Part shown: in pieces, positions 40,141 through 49,221 of the stretch
How positions within the stretch are numbered: position 1 is the first letter of the stretch
How the letters are laid out: each line of letters begins with the position of its first letter
NCBI GenBank assembly: GCA_963667845.2
Contig: CAXXVL010000002.1
Location: forward strand, 1,088,001 to 1,152,000
DNA from: Smithellaceae bacterium
Lineage (GTDB): Bacteria > Desulfobacterota > Syntrophia > Syntrophales > Smithellaceae
Direction of reading: 5' to 3'
DNA length: 64,000 bases
The notes under the pieces: generated by a model
Databases searched by the model: none
What the model was told of the DNA's origin: nothing
What the model saw: only the letters and a program-made list of their open reading frames with translations
Translations under genes and position numbers: made by a program

Positions 40141-41382
40141 CTATGCCGGTTTACGGAAGACGACCTGAATGTCGCCGATGGCGCGTTCCCGAAAACCCGC
40201 TTCACAGGTCGCCAGATAATAGATCCATTTGCGTCGGAAGACGTCGTCGAACCCCAGCGCGTTGATTTTGTCGACATTGCGCGTAAATTTTTCACGCCAG
40301 TCCTTGAGTGTCCGGGCATAGTTCGTGCCGATGTCTTCCAATTGCTCCATGAGCAGGCCGGTGTTCCTTGTAACGGCCTGGGACATGGCGGTGACCGACG
40401 GCAGATGGCCGCCGGGGAAAATGTACTTCTTGATCCAGTCCGAGGTTCGCCGGTAATTCTCGTAACTTTGATCCGGAATCGTAATCACCTGGATGACCAG
40501 CTTGCCCGCCGGTTTCAAGAGCTCGTCGCATGCCTTGAAGAATGTGCCCAAATACCTGTGGCCGACGGCTTCGAGCATTTCGATGGAAACAATTTTATCA
40601 AACACGCCTGTTACGTGACGGTAGTCTCTAAACAAAATGCTGATCCTGTCCTCCAGGCCGGCTTGCCGGACGCGCTCGCGCGCCAGCGCAAATTGTTCTT
40701 CGGAGACGGTGATGCCGGTTACATGGCAGCCCGTTTTCTGGACCGCTTCCAGGGCAAAGCCACCCCAGCCGCAACCGATTTCCAAAACATGATCCGCAGG
40801 TCCGATCTGCGCCTTTTCGATGATGCTGTGCAGTTTGCGGTGCTGCGCATCTTCGCAGGTGTCATTTTCACTGCCGTAGAGGCCGCAGGAGTAAAGCATG
40901 GTCGGGTCTAAGAATGTCTGAAAGAAATCGTTGCTCAGATCATAATGTTCACCGATATTCCGGCGCGATCCGCCAAGCGTGTTGGCACGCAGAGCATGCA
41001 TGAGGCGGTCTTTCTTGCGAGCCAGCCAAGCCGTGGTCATGTGTCCGTTCGCCAGCGCTTTTCGGTTCTTAATTAAGACGCTGAATAATGAGGGAATATC
41101 GCTGGTATCCCAGTAGCCTTTCATATAGGCTTCGCCCAGGCCTATATCGCCCCCCCAAACCGCATCATTGAAAAAGCGGTAGTCGTGGATGATCATACGG
41201 GCCTGAAGGGATGAAGAGGCATCACCGAAATGCCGTTCACTTCCGTCCGGCAGACCCAAGGCGAGGCCGCCTGCCTCAATCTTATCGAATAAGCCGATGA
41301 CCAAAGTCATGCAATACCGCTCAAAGATAGTCGGCGGCGGATTGCGAACTATGGGCCGAGGAGACGAAAAGTTATTGTTCAC
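40141..41382 (-). CDS. cfa: Cyclopropane-fatty-acyl-phospholipid synthase family SAM methyltransferase
   Basis: HYDLSNDFF, YSC, LEIGCGWG, SIEMLEAVG, YIFPGG. Confidence 0.88.
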   Translation of the reverse strand: MNNNFSSPRPIVRNPPPTIFERYCMTLVIGLFDKIEAGGLALGLPDGSERHFGDASSSLQARMIIHDYRFFNDAVWGGDIGLGEAYMKGYWDTSDIPSLFSVLIKNRKALANGHMTTAWLARKKDRLMHALRANTLGGSRRNIGEHYDLSNDFFQTFLDPTMLYSCGLYGSENDTCEDAQHRKLHSIIEKAQIGPADHVLEIGCGWGGFALEAVQKTGCHVTGITVSEEQFALARERVRQAGLEDRISILFRDYRHVTGVFDKIVSIEMLEAVGHRYLGTFFKACDELLKPAGKLVIQVITIPDQSYENYRRTSDWIKKYIFPGGHLPSVTAMSQAVTRNTGLLMEQLEDIGTNYARTLKDWREKFTRNVDKINALGFDDVFRRKWIYYLATCEAGFRERAIGDIQVVFRKPA

Positions 41383-41528
41383 GGGGGCCTCCTTTCAGAA
41401 AGGATAAAAATAATTAACAAAAAAATAGCCTGATCGCAATGGCAATTTTTGTGTGAATCCTTATGGTTATTTTATTGTTCACGGGAGGAACCCTGGGGGG
41501 ATGCGCCTTCAATCAGGAGTCTTCTTAG

Positions 41529-42494
41529 TTAAAGTCGAAATACCTCAATTAAATAAGCGATAATCATGGCTGCACCCGTGAGACTATGGACCTTGATCAT
41601 CGCCAGATTGGCCGGTGCCATGGCCAGGGGATCATTCAGGTGACGACCCATGACGGCAAACGATTTGAAGGCAAAAGGCAGACTGACCAGACCCAGAAGA
41701 ATGAAAGGGGATAGCATCCGCGCCCCGGCGGCGAAAATCAAAATGCCGTATGCAATTGTCAAACCCACTCCATAGAGAACGGCGCCCGCTTTCTTCCCGA
41801 AGCGGGCGACCAGATTCCATTTTCCGCCGCGCCTGTCCGTTTCATAATCGGGGATTTCATTGATCACAATCATCGACCACATCATGAAGCCGGGCACGAA
41901 TGAAGCAATCAAAGGCTCAATTGCCAGCGATTGCGCCTGAACATAATAAGAACCCATGACGATGACCGGACCAAAGTTGACCAAAAGACCGAGTTCGCCG
42001 AACCCCCGGTAACCGAAACGAATCGGCGGCGCTGTGTAAAAAATAGAGGAGACCATGCCGAAAACTCCCAGGGCGAATACCGGCCATCCGCATATGTAAG
42101 TCAGGTAAGCGCCGATGGCTGCGGTTGTCGCGAAGAACAGGATTGAGGCCGTGAGCATCTGCGTGTCTTTGAGAAGTCCCTCCGGCAGGACGCCGCTGCC
42201 TCCGGTAAAGAAGTTCTTTTCTCCCTCTTTATGCAGATCAACCGCATGACGATAGTCGAGTACATCATCCACCATATTGAGGGCGAAATGATTGACGGTG
42301 ACGCCGATGACTACCAGCGTAAAGAGGAACAGGTTAACAGGATGGCCTTTAGCCCAGGCCATTGCCCCGCCCAAAATTGCCGGAAGAATGCTGGGCAGGA
42401 CGAAGTAGAGGCGCAGCGCACGACGCCAGGCAATCCAGGTCGGCACACCGGTCGGCTGGGTCTTGGCTGGATTCTTAGGGATTCGTATTCTCAT
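41529..42494 (-). CDS. menA: UbiA-family prenyltransferase, MenA-like
   Basis: Multi-TM; NMVDDVLDY..VD and NEIPDYETD..GK Asp-rich motifs; YTAPP..YRGFGE. Confidence 0.75.
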   Translation of the reverse strand: MRIRIPKNPAKTQPTGVPTWIAWRRALRLYFVLPSILPAILGGAMAWAKGHPVNLFLFTLVVIGVTVNHFALNMVDDVLDYRHAVDLHKEGEKNFFTGGSGVLPEGLLKDTQMLTASILFFATTAAIGAYLTYICGWPVFALGVFGMVSSIFYTAPPIRFGYRGFGELGLLVNFGPVIVMGSYYVQAQSLAIEPLIASFVPGFMMWSMIVINEIPDYETDRRGGKWNLVARFGKKAGAVLYGVGLTIAYGILIFAAGARMLSPFILLGLVSLPFAFKSFAVMGRHLNDPLAMAPANLAMIKVHSLTGAAMIIAYLIEVFRL

Positions 42495-42677
42495 GGCCTC
42501 TTGTCATTCACCCGATAAACCGGCACCGACCGGCGGATGAGGTTTCAGTTTGAACAATAATACGATACACGGCAAGCAATTACATTATAAAGGTAAGAAG
42601 TAATGAGGAGATGTCAAATTTGTGGGCGAATAATGAGGCGGAAATGAACGCGACACGCCCGAAGGAGCGGCTTTCAT

Positions 42678-43349
42678 TCATTTCCCTTTTTGCTTCTTGA
42701 GAATGTCCAGAATTTTATCGTGATATTTCCAGGCCAGTAAAGAGACCAGGATGGCTGAGAGGACAACAACAGCCAGAAGCACGTAATGTTCTTCATGAGC
42801 CATGTTGCCGCTGATGGAGAGCAGCATCGTGCCGAAAAAGCGGCCGACTGTCGAGACAATGATGAATGTCAATACCGGCATGCGGCTCACGCCCATGATG
42901 TAGCATAAATAGTCTTTGGGAAATCCGGGAATGAGAAACAAGAGAAAAGAAACAAGCAGCCCTTTGTGTTCCATGAAATCGTCGAATTTCTCAAACACCT
43001 CTTTCTTTACTACTTTTTCCAGAAGAGGTTCGCCGAAAAAATGAGCCAGGATGAACGCCAGCCAGGATCCGATGGTGAGGCCGATCGTCGAATAAACCGT
43101 TCCCCAGAAAGGTCCGTACAAATAGCCGCCGATGAAACCACTTACCTCGCCGGGTATGGGTGCGGCGACAACCTGGACGATCTGGAGTAAAATAAAAATG
43201 AGTTCATCGTACGGTTGAGTCTTGATGAATTGAACTAATTTATTCTTATCCTTGAAGAATAGATAAAGATCAAAATGAATAAAGAGAAAGACACCCGCGG
43301 CAATCAGGATGCAGAGGAAAAGGATGCGTAAGAAGAGGCTTCTATTCAT
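42678..43349 (-). CDS. TVP38/TMEM64 (VTT/DedA superfamily) membrane protein
   Basis: QVVAAPIPG, LIPGFPKD..Y..G, hydrophobic profile. Confidence 0.85.
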   Translation of the reverse strand: MNRSLFLRILFLCILIAAGVFLFIHFDLYLFFKDKNKLVQFIKTQPYDELIFILLQIVQVVAAPIPGEVSGFIGGYLYGPFWGTVYSTIGLTIGSWLAFILAHFFGEPLLEKVVKKEVFEKFDDFMEHKGLLVSFLLFLIPGFPKDYLCYIMGVSRMPVLTFIIVSTVGRFFGTMLLSISGNMAHEEHYVLLAVVVLSAILVSLLAWKYHDKILDILKKQKGK

Positions 43350-43379
43350 TAACTGATAAGATGGCGCAGATGGTAAATT

Positions 43380-43565
43380 TTATTTTTCGATTTTCCTGGC
43401 TTCATCTTGTGGCTTCGGCTCCGGTTCATTCATGGCTTGTTTAAAACCTCTAATGGCCTTACCAATGGCGCCGCCCAGTTCCGGCAGCTTCCCCGGCCCG
43501 AAGATAATCAGGACAACGGCCAAAATAACAATCAAGTGCATGGGTTGTAACAATCCTTCAAACAT
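43380..43565 (-). CDS. tatA: Twin-arginine translocase TatA/TatE subunit
   Basis: [32 protein letters not shown]. Confidence 0.93.
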   Translation of the reverse strand: MFEGLLQPMHLIVILAVVLIIFGPGKLPELGGAIGKAIRGFKQAMNEPEPKPQDEARKIEK

Positions 43566-43833
43566 GAACAGACCTCCTCCAGGATTTTAAGTCCACTATA
43601 ATATTATTCCGAATGAGTCAAATGCAATAATTGACCGTAAAGATTTATTGTTTTTAAACAAGATTTCGGCATGATTTGCCGAAAAACAACAACAAATTTT
43701 GCAATCCTAAAATAGTTGACTTTGAAAAAACTATATGCAAAAAAAACGAAACTTCTTAAAAATACGCCGGAAGTCTGATTTATCTGCGTTCGAAAAGAAT
43801 AATTTTAAACCTTGCAGGGAGGAAGGACAAAAT

Positions 43834-45198
43834 ATGTCGAAAATACCGCAAAAACTGGACCGGAAGAGATCCGAAATTTATAAAAATGCACCGATTGCAA
43901 AATTTGGCGAAAGGAAGCCTGATTTTACGACGATGGGCCGAAAGATGAAGAATCCTCACAAAAAGTTTCGGGAGGTTGTCTGCGTGGAGGCCTGCCGGAC
44001 GCCCTATGGCCGTTCCGGCGGCGCGCTGAAAGATTTGTCGGCGATGGAACTCGGCGCTCTGGCCATCAAAGAAGTTTTACGCCGTACCGAAGGCAAGGTA
44101 AAGCCCGCGGATGTCGACTACATCTTCATGGGGCAAGTGGTTCCCGCCGGCTGCGGCCAGATCCCGGGCCGCCAGGCTACCATTCTGGCCGGTGTGCCGG
44201 AATCCGTTCCGTCGATCACAGTCAATAAAGTCTGCTCGTCCGGCATCAAAACGATTGATCTGGCGTTTCAAATGATTCTTCTGGGGCGCGCCGAGATCTG
44301 CATCGCCGGCGGTCAGGAAAGCATGAGCAACTGTCCCTTTGTGTTGCCGGATATGCGCTGGGGGGCAAAGATGGGGCTGCCTAACGGCCGCGTCGTCGAT
44401 GCGATGGTGTATGACGGCTTATGGGACGCTTTCTACGATCGCCATATGGCCATTCATGGATCGGAAGTCGCCGACGAATTCGGCTTTACCCGTGAGGAGC
44501 AGGATGAATGGGCCCTGAATTCTCAGATGAACGCTGTAAGCGCTATGGGTGGGGGGAAGCTCGATGATGAAATCTTTCCGGTGGAAGTCAAACAGGGTAA
44601 AAAAATTATCTTGATGGATAAAGACGAAGGGCCGAGGCCGGAGACCACTTTGGAAGGGCTGGCCAAGCTGCCGCCTGTATTCGGGCATCTGAGTACTGTA
44701 ACGGGTAAACCGGGCAGCGTCACGGCCGGAAATGCACCCGGTGTGAATGACGGCGGTGACGTCTGTCTGCTGATGAGCCGGGAAAAAGCCGATGAACTCG
44801 GCCTGAAACCGATTTTTACCATCGTCGACTATGCTGAAGTATCGCAACCGACCAAAGATATTGCGACTGTGCCGGGGCTCGCCATTAAGAAAATTCTGGA
44901 ACAAAACGATATGACCCTCGATCAAATGGACGTCATTGAAATCAATGAGGCCTTCGCCGCAGTGGTGCTGGTGAGCTGCCGTTCCATCCTGGGAATGACC
45001 AGGGAAGAGATGTTTAAAAAGGTGAATGTCAATGGCGGGGCGGTGGCTTACGGTCACCCCATTGGAGCGACGGGAGCCAGAATTGCCATGACGCTGGGGT
45101 ATGAACTGAGACGCCGCGGCGGCGGATACGGCGTCTGCGGTATCTGTTCCGGGCATGCGCAGGGCGATGCCATGCTGATTCGCGTGGATAAAGAATAG
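43834..45198 (+). CDS. Thiolase (acetyl-CoA C-acyltransferase)
   Basis: VNKVCSSG, INEAFA, GHPIGATG; C-terminal ICSGHAQG; start MSKIPQ after GGAGGAAGG. Confidence 0.9.
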   Translation: MSKIPQKLDRKRSEIYKNAPIAKFGERKPDFTTMGRKMKNPHKKFREVVCVEACRTPYGRSGGALKDLSAMELGALAIKEVLRRTEGKVKPADVDYIFMGQVVPAGCGQIPGRQATILAGVPESVPSITVNKVCSSGIKTIDLAFQMILLGRAEICIAGGQESMSNCPFVLPDMRWGAKMGLPNGRVVDAMVYDGLWDAFYDRHMAIHGSEVADEFGFTREEQDEWALNSQMNAVSAMGGGKLDDEIFPVEVKQGKKIILMDKDEGPRPETTLEGLAKLPPVFGHLSTVTGKPGSVTAGNAPGVNDGGDVCLLMSREKADELGLKPIFTIVDYAEVSQPTKDIATVPGLAIKKILEQNDMTLDQMDVIEINEAFAAVVLVSCRSILGMTREEMFKKVNVNGGAVAYGHPIGATGARIAMTLGYELRRRGGGYGVCGICSGHAQGDAMLIRVDKE

Positions 45199-45314
45199 GG
45201 GATCATAAAATCCTGATCAGGAACACCGGACGGGGACGCATTCAAGGATCATTGAGGCAAAACGTCGCCGTTTCGCGGCAAAAAAAAATCAGATAAACCC
45301 GCGATGGAAGACCC

Positions 45315-45752
45315 TTAAATAATGGGGATGTTTTCTTCCTGATCCTCCGGGAGCGTCTGAAATGCGGATTTGACTTCTTTAGGGATGGAACGCAATGTGC
45401 CTTTTTGGGCGTCCACAAAAACCCAGTCGGTTTCGCCGCAGGCCAGCAGGACTCTATCTGCCGGCCGGACGATCTTATACTTGCGCAGGGATTGAACTCG
45501 GCGGAGATTGGACACCCACGTAATAACGGCAACGTGATCGCCTGCGAATGCGGGTTTTAGATATTCAATCTTGTGAGTGCGAATAACCCAGGTCGCGCCC
45601 AGAGCATTGGTGGCGCGTGTACAGCCGACGGCTTCGGAATGCTTCATTGCGGCGTCCTGCATCCATCGAAGGTATTCCACATTATTGACATGCCCGTTTT
45701 GATCTTCCGCCTCCGGGGGCACAGTTAATTCGTAGCGATAGATTTGCTGCAT
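45315..45752 (-). CDS. Hot-dog-fold acyl-CoA thioesterase
   Basis: DQNGHVNNVEY motif. Confidence 0.88.
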   Translation of the reverse strand: MQQIYRYELTVPPEAEDQNGHVNNVEYLRWMQDAAMKHSEAVGCTRATNALGATWVIRTHKIEYLKPAFAGDHVAVITWVSNLRRVQSLRKYKIVRPADRVLLACGETDWVFVDAQKGTLRSIPKEVKSAFQTLPEDQEENIPII

Positions 45753-45788
45753 AACGCTCCTGGCAATGAATAAAGTCTTTGTGCTTCA

Positions 45789-45817
45789 AGTATATGGAGA
45801 AGAAACGAGAGTGTCAA
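45789..45817 (-). promoter_or_regulatory. Sigma-70 promoter of the thioesterase
   Basis: TTGACA-N17-TATACT on the minus strand. Confidence 0.7.
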
Positions 45818-45967
45818 CGAAATTGTAAAAGTGATTCATCTCTTCTTTTTAAAAAGCTTTACGTGATTTTTCCGCTGCCGGCATCAGCGGAATTGCTGAC
45901 GAAATCTGCAAGGCATTCAGTTTGAAAAGCGCAAAATAATTGACGCCCAGAAATAACATGCGAGCCG

Positions 45968-47071
45968 CTAAACGTCTGCTGACTTTTTTCTTGCCCTGCT
46001 TAAATGATCTTTTATCATGGGTACGTTATAGTTTGAAACCCTGGATATAATGGTTGCATAATTGTTAATATTAACCCCCATAGGATTGTCCCGAAGAAGA
46101 TCCACTTTAATAAAAGGCATTTTGTAATACAAAACCAGCTGCTTCCACAGGAAATGCGTGACGTTGACCGCCTTTATCCTGACTTCAAACCACAAACCCA
46201 GGCGGCTCAGTTTCTTCCCGGGATGGCGGATAAAATCAAACATTTTTAAAAGACCGTTACCTAATGCTTCTTTCATTTCAGAAAAGATGCTTCCCACGGA
46301 GAGGATAGCAAGTTTGATAAGCATAGCCAGACTTCTCCGGCGATGATCTTTCCTGTGCCTGCGAAACAGACGCAGCCCAAGAACTCGTATATATTTCATG
46401 ATCCTGATGCCCGTCTTTGCCAGGTAAAAATGAAAGCTATAGAAAAAGGCAACGCCGAGCAATAATCGATGGCGAGTATAAGTTGAATCTCTGAAGCCGG
46501 CTTTTAACAAGGTCTGGCTGAGGAGAATCTCGCCAAGTTTAATCACGCCCTTTTTGGATTGCTGAGTTTCCATGCGTTCCCAAAATTGTTGAAAAGCGCT
46601 GGAGACGAGAACTGCTTTCCTGAAGACCAAAAAATAACTCTGAACATGGTATGCAATATCGTAATTGCTGGTCATGCCCCAGAAATCGCAGATTTTTCTC
46701 TCCATCTCGCAAAATATCTGCTCCAGGGGGAAGAAAGGTCCGTAAACACTGTCGTTACAGAGAATCAATTCATCAAAATCATCCAGTGTTTCCGATTGAA
46801 GCGCCAACTTCCAGCTTGCAAAATCGTATCCTTCATTTTTCCGGATCAGGACAGCGTCGCAAACAGACTTCAGCGCAGAAATGGTTTCTGCAGCAAGAGA
46901 GGAGGTAGAGACAAAGACCACTCTGTCTGTAACTTTTCTTATATCCTGAAGATAGAATAAAACATATTGATCTACGATATTATCTTTATCGAAATGAGCA
47001 AAGATGCATAATCTCTTTGCGTGCTCCAGTCCACTCATATATTCTCCAGAGAAAATGCTTCGAACATGCAT
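45968..47071 (-). CDS. Rhamnan synthesis protein F (RgpF)-like protein
   Basis: CIFAHFD, RKNEGYDF, LCNDSVYGP, DFWG, HVQSYF, PFIK motifs. Confidence 0.8.
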   Translation of the reverse strand: MHVRSIFSGEYMSGLEHAKRLCIFAHFDKDNIVDQYVLFYLQDIRKVTDRVVFVSTSSLAAETISALKSVCDAVLIRKNEGYDFASWKLALQSETLDDFDELILCNDSVYGPFFPLEQIFCEMERKICDFWGMTSNYDIAYHVQSYFLVFRKAVLVSSAFQQFWERMETQQSKKGVIKLGEILLSQTLLKAGFRDSTYTRHRLLLGVAFFYSFHFYLAKTGIRIMKYIRVLGLRLFRRHRKDHRRRSLAMLIKLAILSVGSIFSEMKEALGNGLLKMFDFIRHPGKKLSRLGLWFEVRIKAVNVTHFLWKQLVLYYKMPFIKVDLLRDNPMGVNINNYATIISRVSNYNVPMIKDHLSRARKKSADV

Positions 47072-47271
47072 GAATATTCATCTGCCCTTCGCAATCTGTA
47101 CGCGCGGAAAAAGTGCTTCGGTTCATCAGGGGACTGAAAGGGTCCGCTAACAAAAACAAGCACAATTCCTGCCGAAAGGATCCAGCGCCGCGAAAATGAA
47201 TTCCGGCAGAAATACCAGCGTTATGATTCTCCTGGATAACACCATCCGCCTGCTCACGTTCCGTATCGTCT

Positions 47272-48666
47272 TTAAGGTGTCAAATATGATTTGAACCCGC
47301 AATTGGCGCATGCCTTCGGAAATTGGCCTGAAAGCACTCCTCTTCGGAACGATTGGTACGGTTCCGATTCCCAGATTTCATCAAGCGGCCTTTCCAGCAC
47401 ATTGCCAAAACAGACCACCAGACCGTCAGGATTATAGCCAGGCTGCAACATCGGACAAGGATAGACCCCGCCCTCCGGTGATGTGAGGACCCGCTCCGTA
47501 CAGAAACAACGCTCCACCGGGGAACGACGAACGGGCGGGATTCCAACATTGACACCGACATCTGTGCCTATTTGTGTCGCCTCGCTCAGCAGTTTGCCCA
47601 ATCTTTCTTCCCCAAATGTGTTCAACTCGTCCGAGTGGCGTCCGTGTTCATAGCTGAAGGTTATATTTTTCACGCCGAGTAATGCCGCAAGCCGGACAAA
47701 AGCCGGTATCTCGTCCACATTGCCATCCATCATTACAAAATTCATCATAGTACGACAGGAACTGGCGCGCTCGCGCACCAGCTTCGTAAAACGCCTGATG
47801 TTGTCGCAGGTTTGGGCAAAACTCGCCCCGATGCGGTAGCGTTCATACGTCGCTTGAGTTGCGCCGTCAACGGACGCATAAAGAAAGCCGAGTCCCGCGT
47901 CGATCAGATCCCGGCCCAAAGTTTCACAAAGAAGCGTTGCGTTGGTGGTAATGCCCACCTCGCCCGTTACGGGAAGGCGCTCGCTGCAGCACCGGACTAT
48001 TTCGACAATGCGGGGATACAGAAGCGGTTCCCCCAAGGCCATAATCATCACGCAGGAAACATTCGGAACCTCTTTCAGCAGCGCATCGAAGACGCCTTCC
48101 GCCATGTGGCTTGCCGTGGCTGGATAATGTTCATTATTGCGGGGGCACATGGAACAGGCCAGATTACAGGTATCGGTCACGGGAATATGAATCTGTTTTA
48201 AGGGGGAATCCAATTCCTGATCTCTCGATCCATCCACCAGCAGAAGCGGATAGGACTGGACTCGCATCATGAAAGGTTCTTCTCCGCCGGTATCCCAGTG
48301 AGAAAAATGCACGACAACGTTTCCCGGCTCGTTGAAAGGAATCCTCAGCCCCGGCGCCGCCCGCAGCGGGTCCTCTTGACTGCTCCCGCCGAGTTCCAAC
48401 ACTCCTCGATGCAGGTCCAGGTGGGCCATGGTCAGTTTCTTGCGGATGATTTTTAAAGGAATATCCCAGAACCCGAAGTGGCGCTCATGCACCAGGGGGC
48501 GAACCCGGGGGTACACATCCACCCGGAGAAAACCGTCTTCCCGTCCATAGAGAGAGGAGTCGCAAACCACAATCTCCAGATCCAGCAAACCATTAGAAAC
48601 CCACGGTAGTCCCAATGAAAATGGCTCGATGGATGCCGATTCGTTCCCATCAAATACCCGTTCCAA
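47272..48666 (-). CDS. Radical SAM protein with SPASM/twitch domain
   Basis: CNLACSMC, GEPLL, TNATLL, VYPC..GNV..EIW..C..C; TTG start after AAGGA. Confidence 0.85.
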   Translation of the reverse strand: MERVFDGNESASIEPFSLGLPWVSNGLLDLEIVVCDSSLYGREDGFLRVDVYPRVRPLVHERHFGFWDIPLKIIRKKLTMAHLDLHRGVLELGGSSQEDPLRAAPGLRIPFNEPGNVVVHFSHWDTGGEEPFMMRVQSYPLLLVDGSRDQELDSPLKQIHIPVTDTCNLACSMCPRNNEHYPATASHMAEGVFDALLKEVPNVSCVMIMALGEPLLYPRIVEIVRCCSERLPVTGEVGITTNATLLCETLGRDLIDAGLGFLYASVDGATQATYERYRIGASFAQTCDNIRRFTKLVRERASSCRTMMNFVMMDGNVDEIPAFVRLAALLGVKNITFSYEHGRHSDELNTFGEERLGKLLSEATQIGTDVGVNVGIPPVRRSPVERCFCTERVLTSPEGGVYPCPMLQPGYNPDGLVVCFGNVLERPLDEIWESEPYQSFRRGVLSGQFPKACANCGFKSYLTP

Positions 48667-48809
48667 ACTACCATCCTTGCGCCTGCCAGAGATCGGAAGA
48701 ATTGCCCCTTTGATCCCGGTCAGTCGCCATAAATTGAATCATTTGGAATACGCTCTTGTACGTTACATAGACGCCAATGAGCGTTTGGATAAAGAAACTT
48801 AATGGAAAA

Positions 48810-48838
48810 TCTATAGAGATTATTCGTCTATCTGTCAA
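48810..48838 (-). promoter_or_regulatory. Putative sigma-70 promoter of the radical SAM gene
   Basis: TTGACA-N17-TATAGA on the minus strand. Confidence 0.5.
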
Positions 48839-49047
48839 TGAAAATGGGTAGTCTTTGACGGAGATACGTGAGAGATGGCATCGGGATAATGCGGAGCAAG
48901 CCCTGCCGCGCGCTCAAGCGATTCCGTGTCATAAGCCGGGACGATAAACGAAGTTACTCCGGTTGTTTTGCACTTCAGAGCACGCCCTGGCAATGTCCCG
49001 GAGAAGGCCGGATCGTTCAAGTGGCAGTGGGTGTCAATCAGATTCAC
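48835..49047 (-). pseudogene. tatD: TatD DNase N-terminal fragment
   Basis: MNLIDTHCHL metal-binding start; ends at 70 aa without the GxHP motif (TatD is about 250 aa). Confidence 0.75.
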
Positions 49048-49160
49048 CAGTCATGCATTCTTGCGGGCTGTATTATATAGATCTTCCTTAGTTTTAAAAC
49101 TGAAATTTGAGACTGGATTGGATCAATGAGAGTGAACGTGTGTGCGGGATCTATGATAAG

Positions 49161-49192
49161 CAAAAACGGCAGGCACAGGGCCTGCCGTTTTG
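49161..49192 (-). terminator. Rho-independent terminator after the second fadD
   Basis: AAAACGGCAGGC / GCCTGCCGTTTT stem. Confidence 0.75.
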
Positions 49193-49221
49193 CCGGTCCG
49201 GACGAAAATGATGAAGCGCCT

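Noticed and set aside
47118..47252. Fluoride riboswitch or hammerhead resemblance (GATGGTGTT and CTGATGA on the minus strand)
   Set aside because: The elements are over 100 nt apart and the required stems and GAAA core are missing
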